Shown in pieces: positions 1-11,700 of a stretch of DNA of 64,000 bases (positions within the stretch are counted from its first letter, which is position 1; each line of letters starts with the position of its first letter). This DNA is from Trichinella spiralis (Eukaryota). The DNA is taken from contig NW_003526943.1 in the NCBI RefSeq assembly GCF_000181795.1, positions 5,697,806 through 5,761,805 of the forward strand. The letters run 5' to 3'. The notes under the pieces are model-generated. The model searched no databases. It was not told the origin of the DNA and worked only from the letters and a program-made list of their open reading frames with translations. A program made the translations under genes and the position numbers.

Positions 1-2160
1 GCCGTGCAACTTTGGACAAAACTTTACTATTGTTAATTTAGATCACATTTTCTGTTTAGCCTTCACGACGATGTGTCATCCGTGACCTGTTTGTCATAAG
101 TTGATGAAATATTTTTACATTTTAATGAATACGAATACAGCATTAATTGCATTTTTTTCATAACTTATGTCTAATAAATTATCTTTATTTCAGTTATCCG
201 TATAAAATTTAAATTGACTTGAAAATTGGATTGTTTGTAAATATTATTTAAAAATATAACAAATCTTAAAAAAATTTTAATTTTCTCATAATTTTTTTTG
301 CAAGATTTTGTCTTGCAATTTGAATGCAATTTATGAATAAGGGAAATTTTGAAAACAATAACAGAATGATCATTTCAAGTATAGAATATTTGCAAAAGCT
401 TGGCAAAGCCAACATTATTGAAATAATAATAATTTCATCTTTTGCTCTATAATCATGCTGAAATGCTGACGAAAATGTTTGTTGACTTATTTTTGCACAT
501 TCTTTGGCTAAGGTTTTCCCGTTTATTCATCGTCATAAAATGCGGTCATGCTTGTTACAACTGTCGACAAGGAAATTTGACAAAATTTCAGTGGGAAAAA
601 ATTCTTGGGAAAAAACTTTTTTTTTAATTAATTTATTTGTTTTGCAAAATTCATTTTCAAATTTTTTGTCTATTTTATCATGGAAGCGTGGAATTATCAT
701 TTCAGCTACAGTTATTTCAGTTGGATGTGCTTTGCTTATTCAATTGAACAGCAAACAAATTTCAAATTTTCCAAACTAATATCCCAAAAGCAATTTTATG
801 AGAAAAAAAATATATATTCTATACTCTATATATTATGTTATTATGAAAATTTTAAATGTACAACTTTGACATAAAATTATATATCATTCATTTATTATTT
901 CATTTTTTAATCGTTTTTACAAAACATATTTTTTCTATACATATATTTCCATCTTTATTTTAAATGGAAATTTTAAAAATTGAATAATTTCTTCATATCA
1001 CTAATAAGTGAAGAACATTTGGATGTTCATCTGATATTTCAATTTTGATGCATGCAAAATGATATTCAAAAATTCCATTTGCCAAGTATCAATGATGATG
1101 CATGAATTTATTTCTTGAATGCCATTAAAATTTTGTTCTTTTTTTGTAAATGAATTTTCCAAATCTATAAAATATTTTACATATGAGAGAAAATATGATT
1201 TTAATTTAATTTTCTCTTTCATCGATTATGAATATGATTTCTAAAAACTGATAAAAAACTATTTCAATAATGACGATGTTGTGCTTTCAAAAAACATTAG
1301 TACTGTATGATGAATTGCTTTTTATTTCATGATTTCTGCGGTGTGATATTTCAATACCAAGATAAAGTGAAAAATGAAATAATATGTGATTCAATGTTTG
1401 TATTCTTTTTTTTTGTTTAAAATGAAATTTAACTTCTCAAATTTTTTTTCTATTGCATTGCACTTCATGTTGCTGGTATTGTTGTATTTCGTTGGCGGTT
1501 CTGGTAAAGAGAATGCTCTTTTTATTATTTAAATATCTAAACTGGAGAATTGGTTAAATTGAACTAGTTGAAAGCTGATATAATAGGTAAATTTCCAACA
1601 TATGTGTGCGTTGAAATGAAATTTTTGATCATTACTTTTGTGACATGCATTGTTCAGAAAGTGAATAATGTGGACAAAATTAAATTTATTCAATAAATAA
1701 ACATTTAAATAAATAAAAAAAACAATATGATAGTGATTTGTTGACCGATTTATCATCTAGGGCATTGACGTGGATAGTGAAGTGGTGTCGTGGATGGATA
1801 CTTTTGCTTTTTGTTCTTCAATTTGACCACCGCAAGCCGTTTATGCTACAACAATGAGTATGAGTATAGAAGAAACTGGTTGGTTTGCAAAGAGATGATT
1901 CATTATTAGTTGGTGTGAAAAATTGTTCTCAATTTATGTTCATTATGATTATGATTATTATTAAATTGAAATCGACTCTCAGACTTGTCACTTGACTGAC
2001 CAAAACTACCGCTGCGCTTCATCTGTACAAACAATTTTCTCCGTTTACGAACAGGTATGAAACAGCTTCATTGTAATTTAATTTCAAAAGAAGCACGACA
2101 GATGTCGTTGCTAGACGTCTTGTCATTGTGACGCATAGCAGCCGGCTGACTGGCTGTCCG

Positions 2161-2235
2161 GTTGACTAACTAACTGACTGACTAACTAACTGGCTGTGCA
2201 TCTATATGTATGTATGTATGTATGCATGTATGTAC
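2161..2235. repeat. Compound tetranucleotide microsatellite: (CTAA/CTGA)n followed by (TATG)n
   Basis: gactaactaactgactgactaactaactggc then tatgtatgtatgtatgtatgcatgtatgta. Confidence 0.75.
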
Positions 2236-2626
2236 GTAAGTCTGTATTCATGTATAGTATTTATGCATATGTGTTTGTGTGAGTGAGTTTGTCTGTATCT
2301 GTGCTTCAGTATATAAATATAGAAATAGAAATATATATCGTGTGGTGGCAGACTTGGACGACTGTCAACTTGTGTCATCAACGCTTGCTACCAACGATAG
2401 GATAAGACGCATCTAGGCCAGTTTCAATTTAGATCTCTTCATTTCTTCTCTTCCGTTCGCACACTGCCAGCACAGTTGTTCGTTGGTCAACGTCGGTTGT
2501 CGTAAATTCCAATTTTCACTGTTTGGTTTCTGTCTACTCTGCTCCGCTGAAAGCTGACGCTATTTTTTCACTCAACTACAACCGACGTCTGAGCATCCTG
2601 TGCACCTCCAACTATCCGGCGCTTCA

Positions 2627-2708
2627 ATGCGCTTCCACTACACCGTTTGCCATCACTTTGGCCAACTTTGCCATCTCCTTCTTCTATTTCTTCTATTTTT
2701 CTATTCAG
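2627..2708 (+). other. let-805: Signal-peptide exon (first coding exon) of myotactin
   Basis: ATG at 2627 gives MRFHYTVCHHFGQLCHLLLLFLLFFYS(G) and ends at a strong CAG|GTAAGT donor (2708/2709) in phase 1. It joins in frame to the acceptor at 8755 (GNGQNLVRVRRQ). A candidate upstream cis- or trans-splice acceptor TTTAG lies at 2428-2432. Confidence 0.8.
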
Positions 2709-5700
2709 GTAAGTAGTGACTTTTTTCAACTTGTTTACTTACTTACTTAATTAATTAATTCATTATTTATTTATTTCAAACAGTCATTCATATTGCCTAT
2801 TAATGTTGATCATAATTCATATATATATGTATATATTAATCATTGATATGACAATTTTGGAATGCAGCTGTAGAGATGCACTACAGGGACATGTAAATTT
2901 GGCCGGGCCAAGGTTTCTACCATGCCAATGCGTACAATCTTGAGACATTTGTTTTACATTTGCTTCTTCCACTTTGGCGTGTTTCTAAACTTCAGTCGCG
3001 TTCATCTGCAAAAGAAAGATGTCACTTTTTGTCGCGGTTGCATTTGCAAGACGTTGAAGTGGAAGGTCGCGAGCGTCAACAGCTTCTCGATGTGAAAATG
3101 GTTTATTCAACTTCTGTCACTACTGACTGCTATAGCGAAAACGTTCTGCCTAAAGTGACAATTTGTACACATGTATATATGGAATAATTAAAATTTAATT
3201 AATTAATTTACATTAGCATTTAAATGAATAAATGAATATATTTTTGCTTCAGATGATCTGATATTTCAGAGGGGCAGATACATTTTGTGGTTATTGTTTT
3301 CAGCTTCACCTATATGCAGCAATTGTGTACACTGAAAAAGAAACGACGATCAGTTTTTGTTGAAATGCAAACTGATAAAAGTGAGCAACTAAGTCGACCT
3401 GACAACTTTGCTGTGCTTTGTTGCTTTTCTTGCTATGAATAGATAGATGCACAGTTTCATTCAACAACACCCCTGTAAAATGTTTCTTCAGCTTTCAAAT
3501 ATGTAAATTTCTATTTCTTGTATTTTTTTCAAAATATAATCGATGCGTATATGCAGTGCGAGAATGTATTTTTTTTCTCTTTGTCCTGGATATTTGAATT
3601 TTTGTAAAAGTAGGATTTTAGGTAATTGTAGAGGGTTGTTGTTTTTAAATATTCTTTTCTTTGCAATAATGCTTTTACGTGCTTTGAAAAAACCAATCAA
3701 TCGAAACAGAGCAACCAACATGAAGGCATTTCTGCTTTTTTTCTTTGAAATTCTATTCTTTTCCATTGCATTCCAATATCGACGATGGACATTCATTCCT
3801 CCAGTTGTGAACCACAACTTTTTCTGTTAATTTTTTTTGTTGTTTACCGCCGCGTGAGAAAATTGGTCAATTTGTAAAATATTTTGCACATTCGACTGAT
3901 GGTTAGTTTTGTTCAGTTGATTGGTTTCGTGTCGGCGTAACAGAAGGCAATTATGCCAGCCATTTCTGCTTCAAACCAGACTTCTTCGCCTTCAACTTCT
4001 CTTCCCACTGCCAACATTATTTGTCTGTTGAATTTTTTACTTTACAAAAGTATATTCAAATTCCAGTGGAAAATTTGTACGGATTGTCGATATCAGTTTG
4101 GAATGCGAGCAAGTCGACCGACCGACTAACGGCACACCCTGATGCTGAGCTCGGATTCGGGTCGAGTCGAATTTTTGGGAAATAGTCAATTTCAAATGGG
4201 GTTCAATTTGGAAATCTGCCCAAAACACGTTTATCAATTTCGGCTTTCCAAGGACAACAACATCGGCATACTATACATCTGTCGCAAATTCCATTTTACA
4301 AATGAATCATTATTTTTCGTTGGTTTTGGAAATTTATTTCCGCTGTTCATTCAGATCTTGAAGAAATAATAATTTTCAAATTTACAACTGCTTGATTGGA
4401 TTTATTTTCATTGAGCAGAACGTTTTCAATAAATACAATTAAAAAGTTGCCAATTGGTCAGTTGAACTTATCAGATATCAGATATACGAGGTAGATGAAT
4501 GATTAATTCTTCAATTTCAATTATTACAATTGAAATATTTACATCTTTATTATGGAAAAAATGTTTCACTGGTGGCATATTGTAAAACTATGGTCATTAT
4601 TTGCGTGCCATGTTTGATGTATAAATTTGGCCGCCACGCGCGACCGACTTCTTTCACCGACGCTTCTTGCTATCATGCTTCAGAATCGTCGTGGAATTTG
4701 CTCTACTTCTCCTTTCAACAGGGGAGTAGAGGAGAACAGAAAACAGAAACAGATGAATAATGATATTATTATTATTATTATTAATTAAAAAAAGAGAGAG
4801 AAAGATGGAAATCACAAATCACAATTACTGTATGCTTTTTCTGTAGCACTGAATTCAATGCTTGTTGGTGGTTGTTGTCAATGACAAATGCATCAAACTT
4901 GCGCTTCCTAAATGTATCCATTTTTTCTTCTAATTAAATTTTATTGCCTCAGGTTATGATGAGTCAGATTAACAAATCAGAAATGGAATGCGTTTATGAT
5001 TCGTACGTTTACCAATTTCAGCTATGACTTGCCCCAGGATGTGCCGGTTTCATTGCTATCTTTTATGATTACTCGTTATTCTGCATCATTAAAGATGATT
5101 TTGCCTTGCATTTTCATTTATCACGCATGTTTTCTACAAACAAATATGAAATATTTGAAATTGTTGAAAAAATTTAATCCAGCAATTAAAATGCTATTAC
5201 CAGTTGCATGAAGCTGTACTTAATTATTCACGATGTTCATTAGCTTGTTTTTAATGCTATTCATAGAAGATAATTCAATTCAATACGTTTTACTGCTTTT
5301 TCTCTGTTGCAACAGCTCAAACTACAGTTGATCAAATTTCATCTATAGCAAATATAGTACAAAATTAGTAGACATACATACGTCTATCCACATGATACAC
5401 ACTGCATTCAATACTTTAAACATCGAAAAATATCGCATAACACAATATACATCATTTTATTTCATATATTTTGAAATTTTACTTGAATCTGAATTTTCTG
5501 TTATAAAATATATCATTTTACAACAATTTCCTGAAGAATAATCTCTGTTTGGTGTCAGTTTACATTGTGTACTTTGCAAATTTTTTTATGTTAAAATTAA
5601 TTTTTTGTGAATAATGAAATCATGAATATATTCATCTGCAATTTATTATGCAAAAATATTATTATTTTGAATTATACGTGTCAATTTATTAATGATGTGA

Positions 5701-8700
5701 TTTATTGATTTGAATTTTACAAAGCATTGTTTTTTGCATATTTGCGATGCAAAAATTTACAATAAATTCACATGTGAAATAGTATGTGAAAGATTGATTG
5801 CATGGTGTTTCTTTCCTGTTTGATCAGCAGGTAAAATTTATTGCATATTTTTGTGATGTTGTAATTGTAATAATGAATCTCAGCAATTGTTCAGTACAAT
5901 CGGCAATCTGTTCGACTGGTTTAAAATTGTTGAAATTGATAAACAGAGCCTTCACAGAAATGGAGTGGAAGCAATCATGTTTGGCATTCAACGTTGTTGA
6001 AATGTCAATTCAATTAAGGTAAACAGCTCAATTACTGTAACTGTACTTAAGATTTAAGCGTTTTTACATGGCGCAGTTTTCTTTTGAACTTTTATTTGAA
6101 CATGAGAGGAAAATTCTAAAAAGTCTCTCTTTCTCTCTCTCACACACACTATATATGTATATATCTGATTAGTGAAAAATATAAATTTTTCAATTTGAAA
6201 ACAATTAATTTTGCGGTTATTTTGGTTTTTCTTATTTTCTAAATATAAATTTGATAATGATGTTTAATTTCAATTTTTAATTTTTCATTTGATCATTTAC
6301 TATTATTTTCATTGTTTTTAATTTTTTCAATTAATAAGCATTGATTAGCAAGGAAAAAGTTGCCAAGAGGGTGTGGGAGGGGGGAGAGAAATTAACTCAG
6401 TTCTCATCAAACGCACGTTGTCTAGTAGTAAAGTAGAAAATACTTGGCTGAAAAGCAATTTTTCAAGCTATCCGGAATTCAACGGCCTTAACCTTGCTTT
6501 GTTGACCTTTCTAGTCGCGAGTTGAATGCAATCTTTAGTGGACCCAAAGCTGGTGAGTATTCCATTAAGCAACCTTGTAAAAGCGCTTTTCCTCTTTTGC
6601 GAATTTTCCAATGCAAATCAGCCCAATGACACAACAAAATTGTCCACATAAATGAACATTTCCCTCTGACAAAATATGCAAATTAAATGTCACGTATAAT
6701 TGCTACGATTTATCTTTTGTGGCAAATTTTGGATAATTTCTCAGCACCAAGAACAACCACAATCACAGCACAACAACAACAGCAACAACAACATCTGTGC
6801 TGTTTGAAATAATAGAATGAGAGGATGTCAAGTTGATGAATTGACTTGATTCTATTTTAACATCAGTAGCTGTTTTCGCCCCTATTGAAATTCTTGATTA
6901 ATCACTTAGTCAACAAGGTAGTTTAGTTCAACATGCGGTAGATGTTGATGCATGGACAACATGCCTTTTGCACAATGGTTTTCACGTGATGCTGGTTCGA
7001 AGCAACAATGAAAAATTGAACGATTAACAGCAAGAAATAAGCCCGGTTCTGGGGAGGTCAGCTTTGAAATCACACCGTTGTAATGCAGTGTAAAGAACAT
7101 CTTTTGGCGAATGTCCACTTTCAATTCTTTGACCCTTCTCAACCCAGCGCATTAGGGATTAGCATCACTGTTTATGCGATTTAATACTGTTGTCAATTTG
7201 TCGTGATTTTTCTTGTCCTACTGTTTATTTATTTATTTATTTATTTGTTCAATTTGATGTATATTAATTGCTTTGATAAATGTGGGAAAGTAGAATTTTG
7301 TATTTTACACTGGTCGCATTGAACAAAACAAACCACTGACATCAATGTGAAAATTGATGCGAAATAAGAAGTATATGCTGTTGGTTAACCAGAATTTCAA
7401 AAATGGAAAAGAACACTTCAAATAACACTACTGCATGTCTATATTTCTAACAATGCTCTTCTAACCTTGAAACAGATCGGTTATAAATATACTGGATGAA
7501 CGAGAAGAAATTTCATATATTTTTTTAAAAAATTCAAATATTCAGCAAGCACTCTAATGTAATATATTGATCACAGTTGTTTGACAAAAGCAAATAGCAA
7601 ATGTTTGCACTTTATGTTAGTGAAATTAGTATTATTCCTTCACTTGTCTCTTTGTTGTTTAATTTATGGTCAGTAAGATGTTTCAACTGGTTTTGACATG
7701 GAGAAGCTTATAAGCATTTTCTAACTAAATTAAATATTTTTCATCGCATACGAGAAGCAGCTTTTTTAAGCATAATGTTATTGTACAAAAAACAGCAGTC
7801 CTAGAATTATTACTTTAAAAAGCTGAGCATGTATCTGTCTTTATTGTACTTTTTAACTTTTTCATGCTATGAAAAACTAATTGCATGTGTAAAAAATGAA
7901 ATTTGTTCAAGTGATTTTATTCATGTTTTGTTCATCATTATAAATATACTTGCCATACTTCACGGAAAAGTGGCGGTGTATATTTTTTGATTTCAATGAC
8001 AGTCTTCTTTTTTGATCATGTAGAGCGACAACTGAATTGTAAAGATGTTCCTTTAAAATATGCACAACCGGAACTGCATTTAGTAAATTTGCATTTGTTG
8101 GAATGTATCATTAGCAAAATGTATTGCGCATGCTTTACATTAATTTTTAAATTTCTTATTATTTTATTTTGCTTCAAATTGGTTGCAGTGAGATGTTTGT
8201 ACTTTATGTATTGCTTCGTTACGTATGCAGTGCAGCTGCGCAGATGTATTTCCCTTATATGAAATGAGCTAAATGTGCATTTTATGTTTGCTTTACCTCA
8301 TTCACATCAAGTATGAAATATGTTGTTAAATAATATTTCTTTCATTAACTGAATATTTACAATCTATTAATCTTTGAACATTATGATAAAAATAACTTAA
8401 TTCGTAATAAACGTTTTTACTGTACAGTGTTGAAAAATGTTTATTATATTATTTTTATTAAAGGAATATTTCATATTATATTATGCATTCAATTTTTGTT
8501 TTTGATTATTATTTGTTTAAGTATTCATTTATATTACATTACATGCAAATGTTTAAACTACAGCTAGTTAGACTACAATAATAGCTACTTTTCTTTCTTC
8601 TCATGGAACAACATATTTACAAGCAACAAAATATCTTCATATAATTTGATAATTTTGAAATTACTAAAATGTACAAAGCAGTTTACCAAAACTACTTTGA

Positions 8701-11700
8701 ATTTATGGTATTTTTACATGGAAAACTTATGAAAAATTGTTTTTATTGTTGTAGGAAATGGCCAAAATTTGGTTCGTGTTCGACGTCAAACAGTTCCAGC
8801 TGGAGGAAGCATTTTGACAGTTGAATGGGAAGGGATTCACTCAGGCGTTCCAGACGATAGCGCCATTAGCGGCTTTACGATTGAATATCGTCCAGAAAAT
8901 GACGACAATTGGATTCAGCACGATGGTGTCATACCCTACCAAGGTCCACATTATCAATACCGTGTTCGAATTAAAGATCTACCGAGCGGTATTGTTTATT
9001 TTGTGAGAATCAAAGTCCTCGCTCGAAATGGTGAAGTGCTTGTACAAACGCCTGAAATCAAAGCTCAATCTGAAACAGTCAAGATAGTCTGCAACGGTAA
9101 AATGTTAATAATTTTTTTTCAATATTTCATTATTTCATTTCCCTTACTTTACTGTGCATTCGATTGCACTTTTACAAATCAGCTGTTGCTTTCAATCTAG
9201 TCAGCTGTTTGCGTTAGTGTTTGCTTATTGTATGACGACAGCTTATTGCTGAACTCTGTTTAGGTTGCTTGTCAAAACACATGCAAGCAGAAGTCAAATT
9301 TTAGCTTTTTCTTTACTGAAATCCTGTTTCTTCTAGTTTGTTCTTCTTTAAGCAAATCAAGTTTGTTAGACGGGATCTTTTCTTGATAACTTTTCATGAG
9401 AATGAATCAATTGCGTGTAGAATTTGCAGGAAAAAAGTTGAAATTGTAACATCAGTAATCGATTCTGAAACAAAATTTTTTTACATATCTAATTCATTCA
9501 AGCGGAGCTTTTGCTTTTAAATTTATTTTCTTTCAATTCTTGTCAATGTCAATTTCAACATTACTGATTTTCATACGCGATTCATCAGATGACTATTATG
9601 CTCTTTTGTTTGATCCCAAATGCAATAGATTGTCCAGTCATTTTGCACACTTCTTCAATGCAGTCACACACACTTGAAAGCTTTCGTTCGTGTCAGCCAT
9701 CGGCAGGGCTAGTTTTCACTAGCCACACACCTTCCCCTCATTTTCACATGGAAGAAAGACAGATTTTTAAATTGAATTTAATCAATTTTGAGGCTGAGTT
9801 TCCAGCGTTACACAGCATTATACTGTTCTCATTTCTGTCATTAAGAAACGGATCAAAATTTCACTTCAATTTTAAAAATAATTCATAACTAACTACACGC
9901 AGGATACATACTGTAAATGAAAGAATACTGTAATTAATGGATACATGCAAAAAAATGCATGCAATGTTTTTTTTATTTTTACATTTATAAATATGTACAG
10001 ATTAAGCTGAAGCTTTCGTTTAAACTAATATTGCTAGTTAAAATTTTCACAGAATGGAGAGTTGTTTCTTGAAAAATTATTTTATACAACTTAATCTTTT
10101 TTGAGATGCTATTTGTTTTTGTTTTTTTTGAAATAGTATATTAAACGGTTGAAATAAGTCAGTGTTTCATATGCATAAGTGTTTAATTATATAGTTTAGA
10201 AAATAATATTTGCAAAAGTAATATTTGTAATAGAATATAAATTATAGAAAGTGCCATTCTGCAGGGTTAAGATAAATTTATGAGCATTTGAATTTTTATC
10301 ATTTTCCACTGAAATGTAAACCTCAAATGAATGTGTGTGGTCGTTTTGAGTTGTTCTTGAAAATAGCTGCGATGTTAGGAACTTTTTCCAAGCATGTATA
10401 AATTTGAAAACTGATGGCAGTTGTTGATATGATTATTTTTGAAATATTGTTTATCAATTTTGCAACGAATAAATATAAAATTAGCAAAGGGGAATTGAAG
10501 AAATTATAATGTTCAACCGTTAGGGGAATAAATGTTCAAAGTGCAGTGGAGTTAATATTAGAATGTGCAATTGCAGTAGTTGATTTGACTGACAAGAACA
10601 GTGGTGTTGGGTAATGATGATAAGGTTTTACAACGGCTTCGGCCGTTCTGTTTGGGGCGGTTTTGCTTTACGATTGCATTGACCTGAACGTGACAAATGA
10701 CTGACTGTTCGGCTTGTGTTTGTTGGGATAGTTTATGAGGCCGAACGGTTGGAAAATTGGAAATTTGTTCATGGAAGATTGTTTGTTTTAGATGATATCA
10801 CTGCCCCAAGGAATATCCGAATCTTGTCCAGTGGCAAGCATTCGTTGACGTTCGTTTGGGATCCGCCAGAATGTGGAAATGTTGCCAAATATGAATATCT
10901 GCTGAAAGGCGTGGACGAGTGGGCATTGTTCGACGTCCATCAAGATGCGGTGACTGATTCAGAGACGACGATACGAAACTTACTGCCCGGAACGACGTAT
11001 TCGATTAAAGTGCGGGCGGTGGATTTGACAAATCGTCTCGGGCCGTGGTCTGAACATTCCATACACGCCGCCACAGAAGGACGAGGTATGCATGCTGAAT
11101 GCCTTTGCCGTTTGGAATTTGATGCAATTTTCCGAGGTGTCGTAAAAGCGGTCCATTGACGCCGTTTCAGTTTTAGTTTAGTGCACTTGTTGTCCAGGTT
11201 TACGAGCACGTTCTCGAAATAAAAGTTTCTGCATAAAGCGGCCAGCCATGGACTGGCCTGTAGGCGGCCGTTTTGATTGCCAAACGAATAGGCTTCACTT
11301 TTCACTCTTTTGTACAGACCGTTTTTAGGCTAGTTGGCCACGTTCCACCAGGGGGTCCCCTAGACTTTTCACCGAACCAATAAGCTTGAAAGTGTTAATC
11401 TTTTTTTTCTTCTTCTACCTCTTTCATCTTATTATTATTATTTTTTTAATTTTTCATTGAACACATTAACCTACGGTTTCAGAAGAGCAATTCAAAATAT
11501 TTAAACATTAAAGCGCCTACACGCACACACACACACACACACATATATATATACATCTAGAGAGAGAGAGGGGTAGGAGGAACGAGAAATTTTTGATCCT
11601 CTTTTTTCTTTCTGCTTTTTATTTTTGGATCTGTCTTTTTCTCAAAGCAGTTAGAGCAATCTCAGATGACGCTTCTTAGTTGGCATTGAGTGAAAACGTT

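Noticed and set aside
1..2000. Short ORFs in the AT-rich 5' region and in the large myotactin introns
   Set aside because: F/L/I/K/N-rich translations typical of random AT-rich DNA, with no domain motifs or coherent exon chain.
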